A stretch of DNA of 64,000 nt, from positions 33,790,001 to 33,854,000 of the forward strand of contig NC_045138.2 of the NCBI RefSeq assembly GCF_008831285.2. The letters run 5' to 3'. How positions within the stretch are numbered: the first letter of the stretch is position 1; the number at the start of each line of letters is the position of its first letter. Both the position numbers and the translations under genes were made by a program. Shown here in pieces: positions 10,817-27,280 of this stretch. The DNA comes from Nymphaea colorata. Its lineage: Eukaryota. The notes under the pieces were generated by a model that did no database searches, was not told the DNA's origin, and saw only the letters and a program-made list of their open reading frames with translations.

Positions 10817-11551
10817 CGCCTTTTAGTCCTGTAATGATTATTTGGTTTTCTCTTGTTATCTTTAATCTATATTCGAATTCTGGTCAGATACAAGTTGTAA
10901 TCTTTTTGCTCCACTCGATCCTCTTCTTCTGGCAATGGAGGATGTGAATTGGTCTGCCAGTTAGCCCACTGGCAGACTGTAAAATATCTCCAAGGGTATT
11001 GGTGTCTTCAAATTTTCTTGCATGCTAATGAGCTAGTGCCAAGCTCACATAGTCAGGGTTGTGTTTTCCTCTGTTCAATGGTATGTTAGTCGTTTTGCGT
11101 GCCAATTTTGTAGAAATGATCAACGAAACAAATTCCATTGTTTAGGATGCAGAGGCTTTATGTAATGCTCAAAGTGCTTCTGAAGTTCAACTAGCTTAAT
11201 CGGTTAACCATTCGTCTTGTCTGTTTTTGCTCGTTACAGGAGCAAATTCTCCTTCCCATTATTTTATGCTGATTTTGTCTCTGCCTGTACATGCATTAAA
11301 AGATGTCTATGATCATTATCAGGTCTTTTTTGCATTCGTTTGCAGAATCAGATTACCATCCTACTGTTTTGATAAAAGCTCACTCTGATCTTTGTATTCG
11401 GAAGCCCCTAGTTGCTCCTGTTTCTTATTCGGTGCTTTTGACATTGTACTGTTCGTTGCAATTATGTAAGTGTTTTTCCCTGTGCTTTGAACTGATATGA
11501 TTCAAATATTGAGTAGGTAAAGAAGTAAAAATGTTCAAACACTGATGCTAT

Positions 11552-12583
11552 GTGAAATGAAGAAGCGTGAATCGTTGATGAATGGAATGATTATACGAAA
11601 CTGTAATCCTTGCTCTCTGCAAAGCAGAGATTTTTGAGATGGCTTATGAAATGTGCTTGGAGGCATTGAAAAGGAATTGCTTCATCAAACCGGAGGTTCT
11701 GCAGGAGGCTATTAACCAGTCGGTCGCGATATCGGAAGATGAGAAAGTCAAGAAACATGTGGACATGGGCTCGGAAAAGAGTTATTAGGATTCAAATTTC
11801 ACGATGTCTTCTTGATTCATGATGCCTTTTGGTCCTGTAACAACTCGATAGCAAACCCATGTTAATTATTTGGTTTGCTGTTGTTATCTTTACTTTATAA
11901 TCAAATTGTAGTCGAATACAAGTTATAAATTTTGCTCCACTCAATCGTCTTCCTTTTGCGGCAATAAAGGATGTGAAACTGGTCTTCCATTTACCCCACT
12001 AACTCAGACTTTGTAAATTGCTCCATACGGGTATTGGTGTCTTCAATTCCTGCATGCTAAAGCCATTGTTCAGCTTATATCTGCCGGGTTGGGTTTTCCT
12101 CTGTTCAATGATTGCGTGCCAATTTCGTAGAAATGATCAATGATACAAAATCCATTGTTTAGTATGCAGAGGCTTTATATAATGCTCAAAGTGCTTCTGA
12201 AGTTCAACTTAGCCGAAACCGTTAATCATTCCTCTTGTTTGTTTTTGCTCGAGGGATGCTACATGTGCAAATTCAACTTTCCATGTTTGTTTCTATTTTA
12301 TGTGGATTTTGTCTCTGCTTGTAGGTTCACTAAAAGATTGCTATGGTCATTGTCAGATCTTTTTTGCATCTGTTTGCCAAGGTCAGGCTACCATCTTACT
12401 ATTTTGATAAGCTCATTATGGATCTTTGTATTCGGAAGCCCTTAGTTGCTTCTCTTCCTTTTTCGGTGCTTTTGACGTTCTACTCTTTCTTGCAATTATA
12501 GAAGTATTTTTCCTTGTGCCTCGAAGGAACTGATATGCTCAAAATGTTATGTACGTAAAGGAATAGAAATGTTTCAACACTGT
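11552..12583 (+). pseudogene. Decayed tandem duplicate of the PPR 3' CDS plus 3' flank (copy of 10548-11544)
   Basis: gtgaaatgaag..gcgtgaat.. restarts at 11552. It has a +1 insertion (atgattatacg vs atgatatacg, ~11591), a premature TAG at 11786-11788 and another +1 insertion near the stop. There is no promoter or 5' CDS. Confidence 0.9.
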
Positions 12584-12911
12584 TGGGTTGATCTCTGCTC
12601 TGTTGGTTTATTATTGCACTGGCAGTTTAAATCATTATATATTTCCATTTCACGAGCTATAATCTAGGCGGAGCACCTTATTTTAACCTGCACTGAAGGA
12701 AAAACTGTTGCTGTGAAAGAAGTTGGAAAATGCACATATGCACGGAAGCGCTAATTTGATGGGACTTATTAATTAAATAATAGCACTGAAGAGTACATGA
12801 TTGATATGTGCTGCTTGCACCTTTTCTTTTGTTAGTATGTATTTTGAATGGATTCCATGTAGAAACTATCTATACCGCATTGCATTGACTTCGATGTTGA
12901 CAAGCAATGAC

Positions 12912-16695
<3,784 letters not shown>

Positions 16696-17504
16696 TAATT
16701 GTGAGCTGACAACAGAAGCCCCTTGGGTGGTATCCGTCCTTCTCATACATATATAGCATAAGTTCCAAATGTTTGGTGGAGTGTGGAAGCAAACCTTCAA
16801 GAATTCAAAACTTTTTGGAAATCAACATTTCACTACTAAAAGATAAAAATATAAAGTTGTTAAAACTGACCAGAAGAGTGTAGAATAAGTAAACTTTCAA
16901 TTGGCTTGAACAAATAATTGCTGCTGACTCATCTTGAAATCCAAAGAGAAAAAACGAAAAAAGAAAAAACGTGGAGAAATTTAGTTGGGAGGTCAATTAC
17001 AGTGCTGTACAAGCCATACACCTCATGAAACAGTGAAGTTGTGGAGTACAATTTTGTTCATAGAGCACTCCTTAGAACCAAGATAGAACATGTTCCACCA
17101 AAACCTGCGTTCACGATAAGCATAAGCTATATACGGAAGAAAGATGTTCCATATGACAATAAAAAGAACAAAAAATATGCGGACACGCTAAGTCACAACC
17201 GGCCAACCGGCCACAGGAAGTTTGTTTTTACAAGACAGCGGCCGCATTTACAAAAAGCGGCCCCAATCAGTATCTATTTTGCTTGCTTACGTTTTAACTG
17301 CTTTCATTTACAGAAATCTGCTCAATAGTTGAGCGCTTCACAACAAACCGCTCATCTTTTGAATGAATTCCCAAAAAACAGCCTTTACTACCCACTTGAA
17401 AAACATGCCGGAGGACGCCGTTCTTCCACCTGCCGGCAGTCGGAGCCCCCCCCCCTCCCTCTCTCTCTCTCTCTCTCTGCCTGATGGTTCTCATGTACCG
17501 TTTC

Positions 17505-17752
17505 ATGTTCACACATGAAATACTTCTTTATCTGTCACTCCACTCCAATTATGTCTCATATTACACTTCACCAAATTACATCTTAAAAGTCCGTTCCTTT
17601 TCAAGATCTTAACCAAGCAGATGTCTATTTCACGTTCACACATGACAGACGTCTTTGTCTATCACTCGCTCCAATTATGTTTCACCTTACACTTCACCCA
17701 ATTACATCTTAAAAGTCTGTTCCTTTCCAAAATCGTAACCAAGTAGATGTCA
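17505..17752. repeat. Two-copy ~126 bp diverged tandem repeat
   Basis: ctccaattatgt...ttacacttcacc.aattacatcttaaaagtc.gttccttt...aaccaag.agatgtc is present twice. Confidence 0.88.
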
Positions 17753-18112
17753 TTTTATTGCTTCAAAACTCTGAATTTATTGTTAGATGGGTGCATTTAT
17801 ATGCACAGTAGGATCTTTTATAAGTATTACATACTCGATCGACCTAAACTTTTTAAAGCTAAAAATTGTTTAGAAAAGTTTGCCCTACTTGTTCTAATGA
17901 ACAGCTCTGAAAGTGTATTTATGAGTTCCAACCAAGGAAAAGAGATCCTAATTGCTTCAGTTAATATTTTGAACAAAAAGTTTTGCAAAATTGTCTACTC
18001 AAAATTTAGTCGTGCGCTCTGATCTTGCGTGCCTTTTAAAACGCAGGTTGATGATCCGTCTATTTGAATTGTCAACCAATGTTTGTTTATGTAGATTTTG
18101 CATTTTGGGATT

Positions 18113-18315
18113 CGCAGTTTTGTTTAACTGGCCAGATATTTCCCAGCGTCAATTCCTTAGTTTAATGCAGTTTGTTTAATAAACATCAGGGCAGACATTT
18201 CCTAGTGTCAATATCTTAATCTAATGCAGCTTGTTGAATAAACATCGACACAACTTTTCTTCCAGTGCCAATAACTTTGTCTAATGCAGTTTGTTGAATA
18301 AACATCGATGCAGTT
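18113..18315. repeat. ~59-60 bp minisatellite, ~3.5 diverged copies
   Basis: taatgcag(t/c)ttgtt(t/g)aataaacatc recurs at ~18163, ~18222 and ~18282. Confidence 0.85.
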
Positions 18316-18329
18316 TTTCGTTGATTTTG

Positions 18330-19900
18330 GCAGAACAGGGGGGAAGGTAAGGATCTTCAACACTTCTTGCATATGGGGAAACGAGAAAAGAAACAATGAT
18401 CGTTATTCCAACTCCATGATACAAAAATGGGCAAGCATAAATGGTCTCCTGTTCCAAGGATCAAAATGGTTGGACATCATTCATGGTCTAAAGACAAGAG
18501 TTTCAACAAGACAAGTGCAGAACAAGTTGTTTATTATGGCATTCTTCCTGCAAGGTGAAATGATCACCTCTTATAAGTTGATTATGGCATTACACTATCG
18601 CATGTGGACTGTTATAATACCCAGTCTCCCTAGAACAATTGGCGTATGGTAGAATATTCACGAATGTAATTTTTTTCTTGATATTATACGAAAAGATGTG
18701 GTCTTCCAGGAAATATTTTTGCTGTTTTGGCTTCTATTTGAGCTATAGACCAAATTTTTAACATTATTCATCTGTCACAGTCACTGTGCCCTCATCGTCA
18801 TTATCTTATGCCTTATCCCATTTTAGCGGCCTCACTTTACCCGATTCTTTGTATTTTTCTAAAATAAAATATAGAAATGCTTGAAGATAGGCTTAAAGAG
18901 TAGATGGAGCAGATGACGATTAGGTTTACAGATGAAGATATGAAAATCCAACTATAGTCAAGATAGAGAGGTAGAGCTCAAAACACCACGTAGGCGTCGG
19001 CTAATAGATGTGTGGCATTTGTGGCAGCAGAGACTGTTGACCATTTAATTTGTCACTTGCAGATTTAATAAACCTCTTTGGATATGGAGTGCAGAGATTT
19101 TTGGAAGAATCTGAAAGCCATCCGCACCACCTCTTTACTTGAGAAAACTGAAAAAATGGAAGGATGGCTGTCTAAGCGTCTCTGTTTGGGTAGGACAAGT
19201 CTTAGTTATTTCAGTGTAATCCACTTCTCCAGTTTGCTGGATGTCATGCTTTCATCTCCCGCAAAGTACTATTGGGTCAAGAAGACATGGGAAGACATCT
19301 CCCGCAAAGTACATGCAGCAATCATTCGTTTCTGTCGTTTTGATCTTTAGTGAATCAGCTAAGGGTCGGTCTACTCCGAAGCTATGATTTCTAGAAAAAA
19401 AGAAAAAAATATTTTGTCAGAGAAGATGGAGTTCATCTCATACTTGGCAAGATGTCTCGGCTGGTCAGCTTGGGAGAAGTTCAAAGTTTGGTGACAACCA
19501 TGTGCCCCATATTTGTCTGGCAGTGTTTTAAATTGTAACAAGATTTGGGAGGTAACAGATCTAGTAACAATGAACAGCAGAGAAATAATGGCCTCCATGA
19601 TACGGCTGAATGGAAGGATGGAGATAAAAACCAATGTTTCAATCAGATGGCAAAGCAAATGGATGGCAGGTTTTGCTCTTCGGTTTAGAGTACATATAGG
19701 ATACTACAACAAGATGGGTTCGAGATGGTATTGTGGTGCATGAGCTTGTTGAAGAAGGGGAACGGTGCGAGTGCTTCGACGTGTTGGCCATGTCCCTTGT
19801 ACAGGCAATCTTAGTGTTGTCGTCTTAGAGGGCACGGCCAGCATGTCCCGAAGTAGATCAGAAAACAGAAGGCAATAAGATAAGAGGGCCAGCACTTTGA
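18330..19900 (+). mobile_element. Highly degenerate LINE (L1-like) 3' remnant
   Basis: Broken frames give, in the expected order: CIWG..IQKWASI, QNKLFI and WLDIIHG (post-RT region); EESESHPHHLFT (zf-RVT-like ESxxHLF); KWMAGFA (RNase H-like GxWxxGF). There are many stops and frameshifts. Confidence 0.45.
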
Positions 19901-20593
19901 TGAATCCTTTACTCACTTTTATATTTTTAGTACATGCCACGAACAAATTGTACAAACAGAGGCCAATTTTGTCACGAATAGCCTGTCTAGCTCATAGTTG
20001 TGCTTGGTCATAGGAAATCGAGGGCGGAAAGAGAACCCGCCCAATTCATTGCCTAGTCATTTTTCTGTATGCGAACAAGAATCTAACGTTTCAGGGAATC
20101 GGTGCAGCTATGTTACCGTGAGAAATTTCGTCGCCGTGCAACATATTCGCCCCATGTTGTTTTAAGATTGGCACAGGACACAACTGCTGCCGATGCAACA
20201 GTCTGGTCATTTGCTTGAACAAAAAAATTAAAGATGCAATGCAATGAGATTCTTCCCCATTTAGCTATGCCAGAAGAGAGAGAGAGAGAGAGAGATTTTC
20301 TTTTTCTTTTTCCTGCATTCTTGTTTCCATAAATTTAAACACATAACAAAAACTAACAGACATTCAGAAAAATGCTCCGTGAAACATATGATACTTCTCA
20401 CCTAGTCAAAGAGAAGGCACGGTCAAGAGAAAATATGACAGGCGATGGCCAATTAGAGTGCATTGTTATTTCTTTGACGCCTTCCAATGTTTGAGAGCCT
20501 GGGTACTTCTCAGTCAGATGATTCTCAACTAAACAATCCTTCAAAAGTGCAAGCTCGCAGGCTAAAAGTCATAAAACCCGGGCGGATCAGATT

Positions 20594-21048
20594 TCATTTG
20601 CTGAAGAAAATCCTGTTGACGACGGGTACAGGCAACGCATAAGCTGGATCAATGGCTTTCAACCCCGGGTACTCCAGCAAGGAAAGACCTGCATGGGACA
20701 GCCGAAATAAGCACAATGACAACCACTGGTACGCCACAGATTACTGGATAAGGTTGTAAGTACAGAATGATGAATAAAATTGAAATGCTAACCCAACTCG
20801 CTCATCTAACATGTGCATACATGCACGGTGTCCATGTAAATGTGTTCCTATGCAATTATACCACGTTCACCCATGCGAAACAGATAAACCCGGGCAGCCC
20901 ATTCATCAAAAAGATTGCAAAGGCACATGTTAGTTGCCTCAAATGTAGGCTATATTGCTTCCATTATCTTTAATTGTTGAAAATTTATAATCCTGAGGCA
21001 CCAAGGCTCAACAACCAGCTAAAAGGCAAGATAAGCCACTATGGACCC

Positions 21049-21084
<36 letters not shown>

Positions 21085-24000
21085 ATGCCTGCTACTCCAA
21101 AGAAGGTGTGGAAGACATCGACAGCATCATCTGGCCTGTCTGAAATCCCTCCATTGTCTTTGTCCTACGTCATAAACAGCACAATTGTAAATTATCAGCA
21201 TGGAAGGGACCCAAGCTTAACAAGAAAAAGAATTAACATGTGGGTCATCGCATATATTAAGGGTCATCGTTAACATGTTTCCTCCTTCAAGAACTCTGAT
21301 TAGGAGTGATTCAGCATCACCTCTAGCCAGATCCTAATCATGACATATATGGTCACTGCACTGCAGCGATAACAAATTTTACAATACTGGAAAATTTTCC
21401 CTTATTTGTTCTGAGCATATTTGACAAATGGGTTCACGGAACCAATTTTTACACAAGCAAAGGAAAAAGCTGTCTGTTACAGTGATTGACACGAAGGAAC
21501 TAAAAGAAACTTTACATTAGCCAATAGAAATCAAGTTTCAGACAAACAGACAACTAAAACCGTGCAATAAAACTGGGTTGAAGAAATGCAGGCCCTTTTG
21601 TGTGTGTGAGAGAGAGAGAGAGAGCACCTGACAATCTAATATAAAGCTTGCAAGCTTATCCTTGTCTATCCAGTGGACCCTATCCATCATTGTCAAGCTA
21701 GAAAGAACCCACCACGAGTAGCACACCTGAGACATAAAAAAACATCACATTAATGAAAAGAAGTGTTCTAGAACTACGTCCTTCATAGCGAAATAACTAG
21801 TTCACGAACGTACATCAGGAAGCTTTTCCGGTCTCCCATTAAGTCCCCCTGATTGCACTTGTCGCTCACATAACCACCACCCAAGCAAATCCTTGTTGAT
21901 GTGATTCATGGCACCAACTATAGCAAGAGCACCCACACAACAGAAAACTGCAGCAAGACCAGCATCCTTAAAACAAATCCCTTGTTGAAAAACAAAGAAA
22001 ATCAAGAATGACCTATCTGACTACCTGCTCAGAATACTATACCGGGAAATACATAATATGAACCATCATGAGTTTTCTCCTTATTATCTTTAAAGAAATG
22101 TGGAATCAAAAGGAAACAGCTCATAACAAGAACTAGAAGGAAAGGAGATATTGACTTTCCAAAAGGAAGACCCAAATCGATGATTGAACAAAGTACCAGA
22201 AATACATGTGAACACTACACTAGACTAGCAGTTAAGGATGGGCATCGGGCTGAGCCACAGCCCATAACAACGGCCCGGGCCCGGCCCGACTGCCCAGAAC
22301 CTAGTGCGGGCCCAGCCCGGCCAGCCCGATTAACATTAAAAAATAATCATTTTAATATAAAATAATATATATAATTTGTCATAATAAAATATATATAATT
22401 ATATATATAAATTATAAAACAATATTAAATATAAGTTATTGTGCCTCAATCGGCATACCTTGGCAGGCCCAATAATTTATCGAGTCTGCCCAATGCCCAA
22501 GTTTTGGGCCCGAGCCCGAACCCAAGTGGGGACGGGTACCTGGCTCGGTGCCAAGGCTTATTAGCAGTTGGTTGATATATCAGTGCGCTATATAGAATCA
22601 ACTGTCAATCCGAGAAGATGCACTGTAATAAATGGATAAATATGTGATTAAAAATTAACAATAACCTTGGCCAGCATGCGATTCAGCTCCAGGTGTGCAA
22701 CCAAATCCACCATCAAAATTTTTGCAGCTTACTATATATTCTACAGCCTTTCCCACATTGATTTTGTCTAAGCGGTGAAGCAATGAAAGACAACATATTG
22801 CACAATAAGAAAACCTACAAAGTCAAAAGATTACCAGCCTAAGTTGTGCTAGAAGAAATACCAACAAAAGCAACAAACGATAACTGCAAAAAATAGAAGA
22901 ATGAGAACACCTTGTATCAATTTCACCCCATATATCACCTGAAAAGGAACCATCATCTTGCTGCAGCCCAGCAATGTCTGTCAAAGAGTCAAGTCAAACA
23001 GAGGGTGCAATTTAATGGTTTTGTTGACAAGAGTGAAAGTAAAAGCCAAGGGAAGAACAAATCATGAGAAAAGCTGCCCTAAAAGCAACAAATCTGGTGT
23101 TAAGCAAGGAAAATTTTGACCCCCTAATCCTGACTAAGGCACCAGGTTCTAACAATCCATACATCTTGCACAGGAACAAGATTAACCGGTCCTCCACTAA
23201 CATGGAAATTTCCCAAAGAGTTTGTGGACACAATTGAATAGCATGATTTGATTGAAAAGGATGGTGATGTTTACCAAATTACAGTTAGCATCCTCTTTAT
23301 TGTTCACAACCTAACCAGAAGTAATAAACTAATAATCCAGTCTCATGGTCAAGTAGCGACCGCAAAGAGATGAGCATTTATAGTAACATAAAGACAAAAT
23401 GACAAGTTAGTCTTGAGATAACCATATCAATGTGCTAATTTATCATACTTTGGCATGAAGTCTAATACCAAACTGCTTGCTCAAACAGCAAAATTTAGCA
23501 TCTATTAGGAAGGATACAGTCTGTCACTTTTTCAATGTCAACAACATCTAGCCTGTCAAAGAGGGCAAGAATTTGGACGGCACTAAGTGTATAGAGAATG
23601 TGTGGATCATGACCAATATTCCCAGCAAAACCACCTGCATGATAAAAAGCAACAGAGAATCAGATTTATTAAGGCAGGCACCTCATGTATTACTTGTCAT
23701 ATGTTCTGGAACCTAACTAATTAGGTCTGCAAATCATTGTATAATTTCAACATATTATATGTTGTTTATCTGTCTTGGACCTCTTGGTGGAACTTTGTAA
23801 GCACTAATTTCTTGTTCACTAATGATATAATATCTTATGCATAAATTTTTTTCATCTCTCTGAGATTAATAACATCCAAAAAATGAAGCATTTAAAGGCA
23901 CATACACTCACTTCAACAAAAAATGAATGTTAAGTAGCAGCATGAATGATAGCTCATCACAAAACAAAGAAAATCAAGCCTTGCCCATATTATACTAAGT

Positions 24001-24317
24001 ATAGGGAGGGGTGAATTTACTGACCACACTCGTGCTGGCACTTCAGCACCCATGATATGATTGCCTCTTGATCAACATCTCCTAGCTTTCCCAAAAGGTC
24101 CAATGTAGTCAAACCCCAATATGCACCATTCATCCTTAAATGTTCCATGACCAAAGATTCGAATTCATCCTTTCTCTAATTTCATGCTAAAAACTCTTAA
24201 AGTTTGCCATTTGACCAACAAAAATATCTTCAAATTGAAATTAAAGAAAAAGAAGCCACAAACCTTTTCTACAGATAATATATATTGGGCATGCTTCTCA
24301 ATTTCCAGTTCTCCCAT
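20594..24317 (-). CDS. RGTB: Geranylgeranyl transferase type-2 (Rab GGTase) subunit beta; 9 coding exons
   Basis: Exons: 24317-24264, 24175-24025, 23634-23518, 22977-22911, 22814-22666, 21947-21814, 21726-21628, 21164-21089, 20688-20594. Motifs: [68 protein letters not shown] 5'-UTR intron is likely (acceptor 24329; non-coding exon near 25810-26000). Confidence 0.96.
22233..22560. mobile_element. hAT-type MITE in RGTB intron 5
   Basis: Imperfect TIRs TAAGGATGGGCAT / GTGCCAAGGCTTA. The 8-bp flanking duplication is CTAGCAGT (22225-22232) / TTAGCAGT (22561-22568), a 7/8 match. It has GGCCCG-rich subtermini and an AT-rich core. Confidence 0.8.
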
Positions 24318-27280
24318 CCTTGGAGACACTGGGCAAGAGCAGAATAAGACCAACATCAGTTGCAAATAAAAAACCTCATATGCAACTGCTAGAAGTTATG
24401 TATCTTCCAATGAACCAAGGAAAAAGGACCATCCATGAAATTCCTCAGGAGGTTCTGTGAGAAACCAGCATCTAGAACTTTGCAGTCATGAAGATGCATG
24501 ACAACACATCATTTATATGAATTGTTTAAGTGGTCATACTTAGAGTCAAACCAAAGTGGCATGGAATAAATTCAAATTTCAGCAACTCTAACATAGATGA
24601 AAACTGAAGGAAAATTTACTATGGATGACCATTGACCTGCAATGACAATGTATTTACAATTGAACAGACAAAATATGCACCAAGAAAATACAAATCAAGC
24701 CACTTCAGTCAGCATTCTAAGATATTTTCAGTGTTTAGAACTAACCAGACTTTCTAATATTTCATGAAACCTTAAAACCAATTTTCTGAGCTAGAGTACA
24801 ACTACAGGAACATTAAGATTGAAGGTTCAGTACATCAATGGATTAGAAAGTTGAATGAAATTCATAATATCTTCATGACATTCAGTGAAGCAGGAGGAAA
24901 ATTTGCCAGATTATTTCCAGTTTCTGGTTACAGGTTGAATCTAGTTCTCCATGGAACTCCACATTAAATTCTTAATTGCCACAACTGGAGAATCAAGCTA
25001 AACTCGCATGGAAACCAGTACTTATGTGAGTCTAACATACAAACCTTGTGCATTTGAGATTGAGAATTTGACTGTCTAACAACTAGCAAAAGTTGTATAT
25101 TTGAAACGAATCTAGACTGTCCCACATAAATTTTTACACTTATCAAAACATTACAAACGCTAAAAGTACACATATCTCTTGCATAAATCCATGGGCTACC
25201 TGAGGAAAGATATTATCATATTACAACAAAAAGCTCTACATATATTGATATAGCAGGTCATGAAAGATGGGATCCGTTTCTTCTTAGCAACAAACCAAGC
25301 AAGTACAAAAGGCAGCCAGGCTTACAAGAATCATAAAAGAAAGTTGATAAGAGAAAAGCAAAACGTAATTGCACGATTGGGCCTCTAAAAATTTATCTTC
25401 AGAACATCAAGTTTCGAGAAAATCAGTCAAGCGGAAAACAGGAAAATCCAACAATTTCACCTTTTCCTTTTTGGTTTTTTGTGGTATATTTAATTTGCTA
25501 TGCAAAACCTACTAGACATTACCAGAAGAAGAGGAAAACTAACAAATGGCATAGCTTCATTATAAAACCCTAGTTCAATTAATGAGGACTGATAATAAAT
25601 CCCAGCAACCACACCCCCAATCCCAATTCTTCACCCACTCCTCCCAAAAAAATGCCAATCATAATCTCTAGCGGTAGTCACAGTACTCTACACAGGAAAA
25701 AAAAAAGATCACGATAGACCAAAGAAAAACAATTCTAAATCAAACTGATCCAAGCAAGTTAAAGTTTCTCCTGATAGCCATGTAGAGTAAATCAGAGGAA
25801 AGGGCTACCACGCCGGGGAGATACAACGCCAGCAATGTCGAAATTGGAACTCCCGATCGCCTTGCCCGAAGGAAGGCGGCAAAACCGGAGGCGAGAGCGA
25901 TCCAACACAGTAAACAAGCAAGTCTCTGCCCGCCACAGGGTGGGAGGGGTGGGGGATAGGAAAAGAGAAAGAGATCGGTCGTGACAGAAATATTTCCCTT
26001 TCAGTCGTTTCTCAGTTATTGCACACAACTGGCCAGTTGGTTTTCAGGAGATTTCATGGTCAACTTATACCCACCCACGACCATTGAATTAGTTATCCCT
26101 TTCCAACAAATATTAAGAGGTTTTTAAAATATATATTTTATTTTTAATTCACTGATTCAAGAAATAAACTTTTGAAAACTTTTTTTCATTTTTATATTTT
26201 CAAGGCATCATTCAAGAATCCGATTTGTAAGGGATAAAAGGTTACCAGAGCAAGGTTAGCAATTCCCTGGCTCACTTAGAAACTTTTGGCACATCGTTGA
26301 TGCCTTCCTTAAAAACTCTTCAGATGTCTCCCTTAAAACTCTTGGTAAGTCATCAAGGGTTATCCGATGAGTATAAAAAGACGGTTAGTTCCAGCCCGAT
26401 AACTCAATGGGTCAGGTTTCTGATGCCAATAACTTCTTCAAGTTGACCTGAGCCCAACTCGATGCGTACCTTAGTTGTGTCTACCTATCCGACCAGTTAC
26501 ATTATGCCATATGCCATGCTTGTTAACATCCTTACAAAAACTAACCATAATAACTACCTTTTCTTCAAACATGTTTATGGGGGAAGAAAAAAATCATCAC
26601 CATGTAAGTGTGGTAAGTGTTATCTAATCAAAAGATGCCGCTGAAGTAACGCTTCATGACACTTTTGGCAAGGGACAAAAATAGACGAGGAAATGTATTG
26701 TTGAGAAGATATCCTACGAAGCAACCAAGAAGATGATTGTGTTATAAAAACGCAATATTAGTCAAACCAGTAGATGCAAACTTGGATAAGGCTAAAAACA
26801 ATAAGTCTTGTCTAAAAGCAAAAAGTGTAATATTTTCTATGATAAAATAGTATATTAAAAAAAATAAATAATATCGAAGTAAGAGAGACAAAATCATGAA
26901 AAGGGCAGGAAAATTTGATAAAAAGCAAAAGGAAATTCTGGAATGGCTGGAACTGAAAACATGATGCCACTTCGTGTTTGTTTTGGGCGGATCAAAATAC
27001 CTGGAACCATATTCTATTGTTTGTGTGGAGGGAAAAGTTTTCCGGTTTTTTGGAATGTGAATCGGGAATTTGTGAAAAAGACGGCCCGTTTATATTCGAA
27101 CTTTAGAGATCGCTGCTTCCATATCGCAGCCTGAGTCCGTTGTCAATTTGTCATGTCCCATTCTGTAAATTTTAGCAAGTGGAACACCCAAAAAGTAATT
27201 CCCCACCCTAAAACCCCACGGAATTCCTCTAGTCGCCCACCGCCGTGTTGCCTGTGAGATCGAGAGGTTTCCTCGAAGAG

